Shown in pieces: positions 1 to 9,390 of a DNA stretch of 47,091 nucleotides. Within the stretch, counting starts at the first letter, position 1, and every line of letters begins with the position of its first letter. The notes below the pieces were generated by a model. It was not told where the DNA came from and did no database searches. It worked only from the letters and a program-made list of their open reading frames with translations. Source of the stretch: an uncultured virus (IMG/VR IMGVR_UViG_2124908030_000002) (lineage: Duplodnaviria; Heunggongvirae; Uroviricota; Caudoviricetes; Thumleimavirales; Hafunaviridae); IMG/VR virus record IMGVR_UViG_2124908030_000002; one strand, written 5' to 3'. Made by a program: the position numbers and the translations under genes.

Positions 1-2
1 AC

Positions 3-1415
3 GAACACGGTGTCAGAGAGAACACCACAGACGGACACACAGAGAGCGTTGACGTAATCTTTCAGGCAATGGAGCCGGGGCCGCCCGAGCGACGAAACGG
101 CGTCAGGATTACGCCTGACTTTCTTGAGCGGGTCGGCAGTAAGGAGTACGACCAGAACCCGCCGCACCTGAAAGACCACAACGACACGGACACCTTCGCA
201 CGGATTGGCGAGGTGCGGGAGTCGTGGTTTTCGGAGCGTCTTGGCAAGCTAATGCTTATGACTCGAACCCCGAACATCGAGGGGTCGCAGAACCACAGCG
301 AGGCGATAGCGCGCTACACCCATGACCCCCCGGCAATCCGAGACGGCTCGCTCGGCTTCGGGAACAACTACGAGGCCGTGATGAACGACGACGGCGAGCC
401 GGAAATGCGCGACGGTCGGTTCCGAGAGTTTTCGACCGTGAACTTCCCCGGCGGCTACGACGAGGGCGGCGTCAACACCGCCTTCGCCGAGGCGGTCGGG
501 GAGTATTCGGAACACGGAGAAGACGGGCCTGAAGAGCTAGACGAGACGTATTCGGAGTGGGAAAGCGCGGTCAACATGACTGCTTCTCAGCTTCAGTCGT
601 GGGCTGACCATCCTTGCTCTGACGAAGGCTCGAACGACCCGGAAGAGGTTCGAGAGCGCAATCTCCGCCTGCTCGAAACCTCAAAATCAGACTGGACCAG
701 TGAAGATGTTTCTGACGCAAAACGCACCATCTCGTTTATCGCTCGGATGGACTCGGACGAAAGTAGCCCGGAAGACCCGAGAGAGGGGACGGGGACGTGT
801 CCTTCAGCATGGGCGATAAGCCTGCTCAACTGGGCGTACAACCCGTTCGATTCCATGCCTGACGGCGACCCTAACCCCGGAGAAAACTCGATTAGCACGT
901 CCACCGTGGAGTTTGACGGACACATGGGCGAGGAAGAGAGCGGGATGGGCGCGGAGATGGAAGAGAAGGCCGACGTGTTCGAGACTTGGAACGAGTTGAC
1001 GAACATGACGGAAGAAGAGATGGAAATGTGGGAGGAACACCCCTGTTCGGACAAGGGCGTTGACGACGGTGAAGGCCACCGTGACAACTTCATGATGCTC
1101 ATGGGTCAGCCGATGGACCGATGGGACATGGAAAGCCTACAGATTGCGAACCGTGCCGTTGACTTCATGGTCAGCGAGACTGAGAAAGACCCGGAGAACC
1201 CCGAGTCAGGTGGGCCGGGCACCTGCCCTAGCCGGTGGGCAGTCAACCTGCTGAACCGTGGACATAATCCGTTTGCGAATTTCCCTTCGGGGAATCCGCA
1301 GTTCACGGTTCAGGATGTCACCAAGTTCGATGACCCGGCGGGAGAAACCGATAAGCCCGGCGAGAACTTGGCGGCGGAGGATTATACGGTAGACGTTAGC
1401 GAAACCAAATTTTAG
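3..1415 (+). CDS. HK97-type prohead protease (5'-partial) with two C-terminal DUF3140-like repeats
   Basis: Frame is open from base 3. Protease motifs LKDHN (His), DGSLGF (GxSxGF Ser) and REFSTVNFP. Two repeats VNMT..L..W..HPCS...W...L.NW/R..NPF follow. Lies upstream of scaffold and capsid genes. Confidence 0.75.
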   Translation, partial: EHGVRENTTDGHTESVDVIFQAMEPGPPERRNGVRITPDFLERVGSKEYDQNPPHLKDHNDTDTFARIGEVRESWFSERLGKLMLMTRTPNIEGSQNHSEAIARYTHDPPAIRDGSLGFGNNYEAVMNDDGEPEMRDGRFREFSTVNFPGGYDEGGVNTAFAEAVGEYSEHGEDGPEELDETYSEWESAVNMTASQLQSWADHPCSDEGSNDPEEVRERNLRLLETSKSDWTSEDVSDAKRTISFIARMDSDESSPEDPREGTGTCPSAWAISLLNWAYNPFDSMPDGDPNPGENSISTSTVEFDGHMGEEESGMGAEMEEKADVFETWNELTNMTEEEMEMWEEHPCSDKGVDDGEGHRDNFMMLMGQPMDRWDMESLQIANRAVDFMVSETEKDPENPESGGPGTCPSRWAVNLLNRGHNPFANFPSGNPQFTVQDVTKFDDPAGETDKPGENLAAEDYTVDVSETKF

Positions 1416-1416
1416 A

Positions 1417-1860
1417 ATGGACTTGAGCTTTAACAAAGTTACCTACGACGGCGAACTTGCTGACTTTTCTGAAGACGAACTTCAGGAGCTTGTTAGTGAG
1501 TACGAGAAAGCACAGGACTCCAACGTCGCCGAGTTTGAAAGGGCGGCAGAAGCAACGGAAGGCGTTTCCGAGAGCGTTATCGAAGACTTCGAGGATGCTC
1601 GCGCTGACCTGTTGGAAGAGATTACCGGGTCGGAAGACTTCGAGGATGTGCCTCTGACCGAGGCGCAGCTCGAAGACTGCGACTTCAGCGAGCTTCAGGA
1701 GTGGCAGGACTTCGTTCTCGGCGGCGGCGGCGCGGAGAGCGAAGACGGAACCAGCGGGATTGACGACTTCGGTACGAAGGCCCCTACCGGGGCAGACGAC
1801 GACAAGCCTGAAGACTTCGTTGAGGAACAGCTTGGCGGTGTTCCGGGTCTTCAGCTGTAA
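1417..1860 (+). CDS. putative capsid scaffolding protein
   Basis: Very acidic, helical 147 aa protein between protease and capsid genes. Confidence 0.5.
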   Translation: MDLSFNKVTYDGELADFSEDELQELVSEYEKAQDSNVAEFERAAEATEGVSESVIEDFEDARADLLEEITGSEDFEDVPLTEAQLEDCDFSELQEWQDFVLGGGGAESEDGTSGIDDFGTKAPTGADDDKPEDFVEEQLGGVPGLQL

Positions 1861-1879
1861 GCGGCTTCATTAGATACAA

Positions 1880-2434
1880 ATGACTGATTTCAACATTGCG
1901 ACTGGCGAAGAGATGCCTCTCAACCGGACGGGCTTCGACAACATCCAGCTTGAGGGCGAGCATCAGGGCGTCCCTGTCGGCATCGACAACAGCGGGACTG
2001 ACCCGCAGCTTGTCCGTGCTGATGCCGCCTCTGATGCGAACGAGGCTGGAACCGGCCCGGTCAACTGCGTCGGTGTCCTCTTCCAGCGGGAAGTTCTCCC
2101 CGCAGGGCAGTATGGCGGCGTCACCACGCACCCGTGGGACGACGTTGAGGCCCAGATTTACGAGGAAGACCGAACGAAGACCGGCGACCGTGGAACGGCC
2201 ATCCGCTCGGGAATCGAAATGATTAACGACGACGACGACACCGACTTCGTGCCCGGCGAGCCGGTGTATCTGGACGTTGGCGGGGGCTTCACCCAGAACG
2301 CTCCTTCCGCCTCCGGCGAAGCGGTTCAGGTTCTCGGTGTTGCCGCGACCACGATGGACGACGGCGTGAACCCCGACGACGTTTCCAAAGACCGGCTGTT
2401 CCTCGAAGTCGATGCTGAATACAGCTTGGTCTAA
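1880..2434 (+). CDS. head decoration / capsid cement protein
   Basis: Motif FVPGEPVYLDVGGGFTQ..P...GEAVQVLGVA; immediately upstream of the MCP. Confidence 0.6.
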   Translation: MTDFNIATGEEMPLNRTGFDNIQLEGEHQGVPVGIDNSGTDPQLVRADAASDANEAGTGPVNCVGVLFQREVLPAGQYGGVTTHPWDDVEAQIYEEDRTKTGDRGTAIRSGIEMINDDDDTDFVPGEPVYLDVGGGFTQNAPSASGEAVQVLGVAATTMDDGVNPDDVSKDRLFLEVDAEYSLV

Positions 2435-2470
2435 AGAATCGACCAACCCAAACTTAACTCTTAACTAATA

Positions 2471-3433
2471 ATGGCACGTAGACACGAACTTCATACTGCT
2501 GACGGCAAGGATATTGACGAGATGCTGGAAATGGCTCGTCAGCTCGTTGACCGTTACAACGACGCTGACAAGCCGTTCCGAGAGATGTTCGCCGAGACTG
2601 TTTCCGAGCAGACGTTCTATCAGGAAGCAGAGCAGGACGACATCTATTGGGATGAGATTGCCGAGGGCGAGCAGCCTCGGACGATGCGCGACGACGAGTA
2701 CGACGACCGCTGGATGACCATTCGGTCTTCGACGTACTCGAAGGGACTCGGCATGACGCAGAAGTACATCCGGCGTACCGCGTCTGACGAGATTCTTCGG
2801 AAGCTCCGGAAGTTGCTCACGGGTGCGAAGAACACCGAAGAGCAGCTGATTTACCAGACCCTCGAAAACGGCATCATCGATGGGTCGGGCGCGTGGTACG
2901 ACATCAAGGACTACGGCGAGTATTCCTTCAGTCAGAACCACAACCACGTCTTCGACAGCACGGACGAGCTGTTCAGCGGAACTGCGAACGGAACCTCGCA
3001 CGAGGCGCACGAACACATCGAGTCGGCGAAGCGAGAGCTGACCCACCACGGCCTTGAGGGGCCGTTTGTGGCCCTCGTCTCGAACGAGTTCAAGCGCGAT
3101 ATGCGTGACGAGATTGCGTGGCAGGCTGACTACGACATCCCGATGGCTAACGGGATGCGCTCGGGCGACGTTCAGGACTTGGACATCGTTATCGATGGCG
3201 TCTCGCTTGTCGAGTCGCCGTGGATGAAGGGTGACAAGTTCTACCTCACCCAAGCGCAGAACGAGTCGCCGGTCAAGTTCCTCGAAGACCGCCCGGTTCA
3301 GGTCACTCGTCCGAACGGCGCGACCGTTCGGTCACCCGGCGACCTTCTCGGTGCGAACGCGACTGCTGACTACGGCGCTCGGATGGGCGACCCCCTTGCT
3401 GCGGTCAAGGTTGTCGCTGACGACATCAAGTAA
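2471..3433 (+). CDS. major capsid protein (HK97 fold)
   Basis: 320 aa; WDEIAEGEQP, YSKGLGMT and FSQNHNH patterns; strongly biased codon usage; position in head module. Confidence 0.8.
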   Translation: MARRHELHTADGKDIDEMLEMARQLVDRYNDADKPFREMFAETVSEQTFYQEAEQDDIYWDEIAEGEQPRTMRDDEYDDRWMTIRSSTYSKGLGMTQKYIRRTASDEILRKLRKLLTGAKNTEEQLIYQTLENGIIDGSGAWYDIKDYGEYSFSQNHNHVFDSTDELFSGTANGTSHEAHEHIESAKRELTHHGLEGPFVALVSNEFKRDMRDEIAWQADYDIPMANGMRSGDVQDLDIVIDGVSLVESPWMKGDKFYLTQAQNESPVKFLEDRPVQVTRPNGATVRSPGDLLGANATADYGARMGDPLAAVKVVADDIK

Positions 3434-3461
3434 GCTGGCCTCTTAAGGCCGTCTGATATTC

Positions 3462-3935
3462 ATGACTGACAAGACTGACGTGATGGCCGACGTGCGAGAA
3501 TTTACGGGATACACGTCGGAACTGGTATTGTCCCAAGACGGCCTCAAAACTGCTTACACACGCGCGAAGCGGCATATTGAGGTCAAAAAGTCTCTGCCTC
3601 CGGACTTCATTTACTTTAGCCCGGAGAAGCCGGAAGTCGAGAACGCGCTCTTCTGGTGGACGTGTATCTTCGTGAAGGTCGTGTTGGGCGACCTTGACGC
3701 TGAGGCGATTCAGGCCGGCGCAGTAGACCAGAACGCCCTGCTCGCAAAGGACAACAACGCGGTGACTGTGTGGCATCGGGAAGCCGAAAGCGCTCTTGGG
3801 GCCATGCTCCCCGAGGAAACGGTGAAGTCTTCCGCGCCTTCTCGCAGCGAACGCTCGTATGAACCCGGCAACTTCACGACCGGCGACTCTGCGGGTAGTG
3901 GCTCCACCGTTGACGCTGACGACTTCTCGATATGA
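3462..3935 (+). CDS. putative head-tail adaptor
   Basis: Directly after MCP; DVREFTGY start typical of adaptor proteins. Confidence 0.5.
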   Translation: MTDKTDVMADVREFTGYTSELVLSQDGLKTAYTRAKRHIEVKKSLPPDFIYFSPEKPEVENALFWWTCIFVKVVLGDLDAEAIQAGAVDQNALLAKDNNAVTVWHREAESALGAMLPEETVKSSAPSRSERSYEPGNFTTGDSAGSGSTVDADDFSI

Positions 3936-4294
3936 CGTATCGGTCAAAGTCAGTTGCGGCGACTCTTTTCAAACTTGGTCGTGTGGCGGGCATCAAGTCG
4001 CCCTCGACTACGGACGTTAATGACTTCGGCAACTCTGTTGAGTCGATGCCGGACACGTTTGACCGCGAAGTGATTGCGTTCAAGACGTATCCGAACAGGA
4101 ACACGCAGGTTGAAGCCAACATCGGGGACTTGGACCAAGACCGCCCGGTGTTCATGGTCCCGAAAGGCGACTCTCAGCCGGCGGTTCCGGCGGAAGGCGA
4201 CCACATCTTTTACGACGGCGATGAATACGAGGTAAAATCTCACACTCCGTATGATACTCATGTGGAGTTTTTCGGCGAGCCGGTAATCCACTGA
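3932..4294 (+). CDS. putative head-closure protein
   Basis: beta-rich 120 aa with EGDHIFYDGDEYEV motif; synteny. Confidence 0.55.
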   Translation: MTYRSKSVAATLFKLGRVAGIKSPSTTDVNDFGNSVESMPDTFDREVIAFKTYPNRNTQVEANIGDLDQDRPVFMVPKGDSQPAVPAEGDHIFYDGDEYEVKSHTPYDTHVEFFGEPVIH

Positions 4295-5729
4295 TGGTTG
4301 ACGTTGACATAGACGTTGAGGGGGCTACCAAAGTGGTTACGGCCCTCCGTGCCGGCCTCGATGAAGGCCTTGACGACGCCGGGCGCTACTTAATCAACGA
4401 AGGAGCTGACGTGGCTCAAGACGAGGTTGTTGGCGCTCGGAAGGTCTGGACTGAAGAAACGAAGAACAGCTTCGAGACTGATGTGTTCCGCTTCAACAGG
4501 GGCCACCACTGGAAGGGCCACATCATCAACACGGCAGAGCAGGCAGCAATTGTAGACGAGGGAATCGCCCCGGCAGGCGAGCATGAGAACCCTGACATCC
4601 GGATTCAGGACATCATGCCGTGGGTGGTCGCACACCTTTCTCCGGCTGATTACGACGGCGGAGACGGCGACCCCAACCTTACTGACTACAACGGCGGCGA
4701 CGGGCCTAGTGGCGCTGATTTGCTTCAGTTTGAAGACGACCAGAGGAACGTTGAGTACATCGACATCAGCGAGTTGGGTCCCCAAGAATCGGACTTTTCC
4801 TCGAAGTACGTCAAAGGAGCAAACATCTTCGATGGTCAGCGGGCGCTCTGGAAAAGCCACGAAGAAACCCGAAGAGACAGTCAAAAAGACACCGGAATCG
4901 CAAACGATATTGTGTGGAGTCATGCCCAACGAGTTGCGGGCTATGACTTAGGCCCCCGAAGCAAGCTCAAAACAGCTCAGACTGTTGACGGCGAAACTCC
5001 GGGGACGCTTAACGAGTTTGTTGATGGGGACCCAATCAACTCGGTCCTCAACATGAACGACAACGACCTCTATTTTGACGAAGACAAGGGGCGTCTTGTC
5101 AACTATATGTCCACTCACCCCGAGTGGTTTGCTAGGACGAACGCGCTAGATTACTTGGCCGGAAACAGCGACAGACACGGGAGTAACATCCTCGTTGATG
5201 CTGAAACCGGGAACCCTCGGGCATAGACAACGGCGGCATGAAGTTTGACGAGGGCCTTCACGCAGGAAATCTTCGGGGCCTGATGGACATGAACGCCTAC
5301 GATAGTTCTAATGACCCTGAAGTTCTGTTTGAAGAGTCCCAAGCCTTCTTGACCCGGACTGAAGAAGTTCTTGACGAGCTGCTTCAGGATGAAGACTTCA
5401 AAGAAGCAGTCATCAACAAGGTCAAAGCGATTCACGGGCCAGACTCAGTAGAGGCAGAGCGGATAGAAGATGTGATTGGTGAAGAGATTGGGCCGGGACA
5501 CGCTCTCTACGAGGGCGATACCGGCGTCCCTCTTTACAAGCGTCACATCCAAAAGGGACTCAACGTGAATAAAAGAGAATTTGACGTTCCGGTTCCCGAA
5601 GAAGACGAGACGGACATAACATATCGGAACGTAATTCCCGGCTCGGTTGATAATGTTGATGATGACGGCTCTGACGAATCATTAGGCAAGGCAAACGATA
5701 TACTTGATGATGTACTAGGAGACATCTAA
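4294..5729 (+). CDS. HK97 gp10-like neck protein N-half fused to a PI3/4-kinase/HipA-like kinase domain (ORFs 4294-5226 and 5238-5729 joined across a 1-nt frameshift)
   Basis: N-term matches gp10-like pattern (VDIDVEG...AAIVDEG.AP...IMPWV). Kinase motifs ALWK, GTLNEFVDG, LDYLAGNSDRHGSNILV. Adding one A at GCA(A)TAGAC (~5223) restores RAIDNGG in frame with the 5238 ORF. Confidence 0.7.
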
Positions 5730-5947
5730 TGATTCAAATCTACAAGTTCACGTCTGGCCGGTACGTCCTTCAGCTCGTCATAGACGAAGAAAAAGGAACC
5801 GTGCTTGGTTCTACAGACCTAGCAGACACATTCCGGCAAAAGTTCCAGTATCTCCGAGATAAGGGAATTGAGCCGGTAGAACATATGGACGGAATCAAAG
5901 ACCGCATCTATGCCAACTATCGCAACTTCTACTTCTGGGCGAAATGA
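5729..5947 (+). CDS. small hypothetical protein, candidate immunity/antitoxin for the kinase
   Basis: 72 aa, atypically non-acidic; coupled by TAATG and ATGA overlaps on both sides. Confidence 0.55.
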   Translation: MIQIYKFTSGRYVLQLVIDEEKGTVLGSTDLADTFRQKFQYLRDKGIEPVEHMDGIKDRIYANYRNFYFWAK

Positions 5948-6171
5948 CTGACGGGTGGGATTCTGACCTTCAGGACTTAGCCGACGAATACAGTCCGGGT
6001 TACGTGATTACTGCCTTCGCAGTCAAAAGGACGATGGAGAAGGAGGGCCGCCCCGGTATCCACTTCACGGAGACGACCGAGGCGTACCTGCGGCAGATTG
6101 GACCGATGCTCGTGAAGAACAAGGTTGAAAAGCACATGAACAGAGAACTGCGGAAGCGCGGCCTACAGTAG
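5944..6171 (+). CDS. C-terminal half of gp10-like neck/tail-completion protein
   Basis: ITAFAVKRTMEKEGRPGIHF matches the AF.I.R.I...G.PG..F end of gp10-like proteins. Confidence 0.6.
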   Translation: MTDGWDSDLQDLADEYSPGYVITAFAVKRTMEKEGRPGIHFTETTEAYLRQIGPMLVKNKVEKHMNRELRKRGLQ

Positions 6172-6176
6172 CTTTA

Positions 6177-6707
6177 ATGGATGAAACGGAGTTAATTAGC
6201 ACCCTTCAGTCACATCTGGCGCAACGACTCTCTGTTCCTGTACGAACAGTTGGGATGGACGATGAACGTCCGGTTCCGCTCGTCCTTATCGATGATTGGG
6301 ACACGAGCGACTTCAACGCCCACAACTCGGCTTTTGCCGGTGAAGCTGTGGGCGACTTCGATAACGACGGCAACCTAGAATACGAGCGATACCTGAACTT
6401 CGACTTCACCACTCGTGTTGAGCTGCTGATTCGGCACACCGACGAGGTGGATGTATCGAGGCTGAAGGAAGACGTGAAGATGATTTTCCGGCTGATTCGT
6501 GAGAACCCGCTACAGTTCCACGACGAAATGAAGCGATGTAGCTTGGGCGGCGGCGGAAATCCGACTCATAAATTCACGGAACCGAAAGAGTCGGAGCTGG
6601 TTGTGTCTGCCCGGTTCCACGGCGACCATACGGTCACTCTCACACCGAGTGACCTTCAAGAAAGTACGCTTGAACAAGTGAAGGACTCCTTCACATTCAA
6701 TCCGTAG
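6177..6707 (+). CDS. putative tail terminator
   Basis: L...L...L..PV.......PVPLV pattern; directly before sheath. Confidence 0.55.
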   Translation: MDETELISTLQSHLAQRLSVPVRTVGMDDERPVPLVLIDDWDTSDFNAHNSAFAGEAVGDFDNDGNLEYERYLNFDFTTRVELLIRHTDEVDVSRLKEDVKMIFRLIRENPLQFHDEMKRCSLGGGGNPTHKFTEPKESELVVSARFHGDHTVTLTPSDLQESTLEQVKDSFTFNP

Positions 6708-6721
6708 TTTTAGAAATTAAC

Positions 6722-8008
6722 ATGACTACTTACGGCGACACTCAAGAACCCGGAATTGTTACGGACCTTACCTCTTCGGCTGCGGTTTCGACCTCTGGTG
6801 AGGCTCCGAGTGACGTGGGGTACGTAGGTCAGGCAGACCTTAGTAATGCGACCAGCCCTGCTGACACTAGCACAGTCTATCAAGTAACGCGAGCATCGAA
6901 GGCCGTTGAATGGTTCGGGCCGACAGAATCGAGCCTGCTGACGAACGCCATCATCGATGCGCTGAACGAAGGAGCGTACCCGGTCTACGCTGTTGCTGCG
7001 GCTGAAAGTAGCATCAGCAGCGAAGACCACAGCGGCGTCGGAACCACGACGGTTTCGCTGGACGAAGGCCCGCTTCGGGAAGATGCCAGCACCGTCGAAG
7101 TCAACCTTGACGACACGCTTCAGTCGCCCACCATCGTCTACGACGACGTGAGCGGCTATTCTCCGGACCCCGGAGAAGCTTACGTCAATCCTGTTGACGC
7201 TGAAGTCGAAGTCAACTCTGTTCCGAGTTCGCTCCTGACGGTTTCGTACCAGAGCTTCGACTACGAGAGCGGCATCGACGTTCTCACCGATAACGCGCCC
7301 GACGTAATCGACTACCTGCTCCCGCTGTCGGAGAAGGCGTCGGTTGCTGACTACGCGAACGTCGCTGTTGCCAACATGGAATCCGAGTACGACCTTGCGC
7401 TGGCGCAGGTCGGAGCAGGAATCGATGTTGACCCGACAGGGTACACGCAGGACTACGACGACAGCCGGACGCAGACGGTCTACCCGACCCGCTTCGAGGA
7501 TGGAACCTCGGCGCTTGCGGCTTACGTTGGCATGAAGGCGGGGCTTGGACTTGGCGAGACGCCCATCAACAAGCGACTCACCACGAACAAGCGCCTTTCG
7601 ACCTCGCTCAACCGGGCGGAGCGCGGAAGCCTCGGTGACGCTAGCGTGGTCGTTCTGTCTGACGAGTCTCGTGGAGTCCGAGTCACCGACGACCCCACGA
7701 CTGTCTCGGAAAGCAACACCGACGAGCGGAACCTGAATTACGGCTTCAACCGGCTCGTTGCTGACTACATCATCGAGACGACCCGCGACAACCAGCGCCC
7801 CTTCATCGGGAAGCTGAACAGCCAGACGATTCGGAACACGCTAGAAGGCATGGTTGACGATAGCCTGACCGAGCTTCAGGAGTCGAACGTCGTTGTCAGC
7901 TACGACGTGAACATCCTGAAAGAAGATGCGGTGTCTGCCGGGCTTGAGATGAGCGTTGAGCTGGTCAAGCCGCTCCGCTTCATCGAGAACACCGTTACAG
8001 TCGAGTAA
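6722..8008 (+). CDS. tail sheath protein
   Basis: PGIVTD start, GYVGQA, WFG..S.LT.A...AL..GA, FIGKLN and VKPLRFI end. Confidence 0.85.
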   Translation: MTTYGDTQEPGIVTDLTSSAAVSTSGEAPSDVGYVGQADLSNATSPADTSTVYQVTRASKAVEWFGPTESSLLTNAIIDALNEGAYPVYAVAAAESSISSEDHSGVGTTTVSLDEGPLREDASTVEVNLDDTLQSPTIVYDDVSGYSPDPGEAYVNPVDAEVEVNSVPSSLLTVSYQSFDYESGIDVLTDNAPDVIDYLLPLSEKASVADYANVAVANMESEYDLALAQVGAGIDVDPTGYTQDYDDSRTQTVYPTRFEDGTSALAAYVGMKAGLGLGETPINKRLTTNKRLSTSLNRAERGSLGDASVVVLSDESRGVRVTDDPTTVSESNTDERNLNYGFNRLVADYIIETTRDNQRPFIGKLNSQTIRNTLEGMVDDSLTELQESNVVVSYDVNILKEDAVSAGLEMSVELVKPLRFIENTVTVE

Positions 8009-8036
8009 GACTCAACTTACTACTCTTTAATTCATA

Positions 8037-8558
8037 ATGGCACGAAATGGAACTGTTGACCGCGTAGAATCCGCTGCGAACATCACTCTGGTTGTTTCGC
8101 GCGGCAGTGAATCTGGTGTCACCTATTCGGGTGGCAGCTTTGACGAAGATGGCGGGAGCGATTCTTCGTACTTCCAGATTCCGATTTCGCGGCTCGACAC
8201 CACCAAAGAAGTAGAGATTTCCGAGATTCGGGAGTCGTCGCTGAAGGCCAGCGGCTACTCCATCACGAGCATTTCGTACAGCGGTACGATGATGTTCAAA
8301 GGCTCTCGGTTCACGAAGACGGTCCCTGACGGAGAGTCTGGCAGCGACGGCTCGGCTCCCATCAGCGACTTCCTGTATGATGACTACGGCGTTCCGCAGC
8401 CGATGACCATCAACATCAACCACGAGCTGACCGACGACCCCGAGCGGTATCTCCACGTTCTCGCTAACTCCGAGAGCTACGAGGTCCGGTCGGAGTCGGC
8501 CACGGAGACGGCCTTCGATTGGGTTGCGATGGACCGCGACAGCGACCAGCCGCAGTAA
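8037..8558 (+). CDS. tail tube protein
   Basis: beta-rich 173 aa immediately after sheath. Confidence 0.7.
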   Translation: MARNGTVDRVESAANITLVVSRGSESGVTYSGGSFDEDGGSDSSYFQIPISRLDTTKEVEISEIRESSLKASGYSITSISYSGTMMFKGSRFTKTVPDGESGSDGSAPISDFLYDDYGVPQPMTININHELTDDPERYLHVLANSESYEVRSESATETAFDWVAMDRDSDQPQ

Positions 8559-8603
8559 CTACGCGGCTTCTAGCAGCTTTCTTTCACCGATTCAAACTAA
8601 CTA

Positions 8604-9092
8604 ATGTCCGACACCACAGAATCCGAAGCAGACAGTAGCAACAGCGAGAACATCAGCCGTCTGCGTGAGATGGCTCTTCGCGGCGACCAGTTCCGCGACA
8701 CTATCGACTTCACGTACTACGACATGGAAGGCGAGCTGTACGTGCGCCCGCTGACCGACGAAGAGTTTCTGCCTATCGCCGCGCTTCTCGAAGACCGTCT
8801 TGACCTTGAGCCGGAAGAGGCACAGGACGCTCTTGAAGAGGGCAAGGACGAAGACGGAACCATCGACCCCGCGCAGTTCGATGAAGACTTCGTTGCCATC
8901 ATGTTCGATGCGGCAGTCCTCGGCATCGATACCGAGCAGGGGATTGCTGAAGGCGAAGACCCGCGAGGCGTCCGAGAGATTGTGGAGATGCTTCAGGGGG
9001 GCAAGTCCCTCGTGATTGCGGAGCGCGTCTTGGAAATCTCGTCTGACGCCGAAACTGCGGAATCCTTTCGCAGAGATGGGGGCAGCGAGTAG
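8604..9092 (+). CDS. tail assembly chaperone
   Basis: Between tube and tape measure; ends ..AESFRRDGGSE with TTT CGC. Confidence 0.7.
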   Translation: MSDTTESEADSSNSENISRLREMALRGDQFRDTIDFTYYDMEGELYVRPLTDEEFLPIAALLEDRLDLEPEEAQDALEEGKDEDGTIDPAQFDEDFVAIMFDAAVLGIDTEQGIAEGEDPRGVREIVEMLQGGKSLVIAERVLEISSDAETAESFRRDGGSE

Positions 9093-9390
9093 CTTCAAAA
9101 ACAGGATAGAAAACTGCTCGAACGGGATAACCGACCTTCCCGGTGTCGAGCATATGGGCGATATGACCCCATTCCAAAAACAGGTCATAGACGAGGCAGA
9201 GCGGTACGAGGCGAAGAAGAAAGAAGAGGCGAAAGAGGAAGCGCGGAACGGTAACTCCGGGGCGTCACCGCCGCAAAACTCCCGCGCACAGGGCGGTTCT
9301 TCAGGCGACTCTGATATGGGTCATGAAGAAACCGTCAGGTACGTCAACCAAGACCTGAACCCCGACCACAAAGTTCACGATTCCGAATAA
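9067..9390 (+). CDS. +1 frameshift extension of the tail chaperone (G-T-like product)
   Basis: TTT-CGC at 9066-9071; +1 slip to TTC GCA enters an open frame (FAEMGAASSF...DLPGV...MTPFQ) that ends at the tape measure start. Confidence 0.65.
   Translation, partial: FAEMGAASSFKNRIENCSNGITDLPGVEHMGDMTPFQKQVIDEAERYEAKKKEEAKEEARNGNSGASPPQNSRAQGGSSGDSDMGHEETVRYVNQDLNPDHKVHDSE

Noticed and set aside
4650..5950. Kinase insert as an intein or spliced intron restoring intact gp10
   Set aside because: No C/S..HN intein ends and no obvious bulge-helix-bulge; the downstream pieces have their own coupled starts
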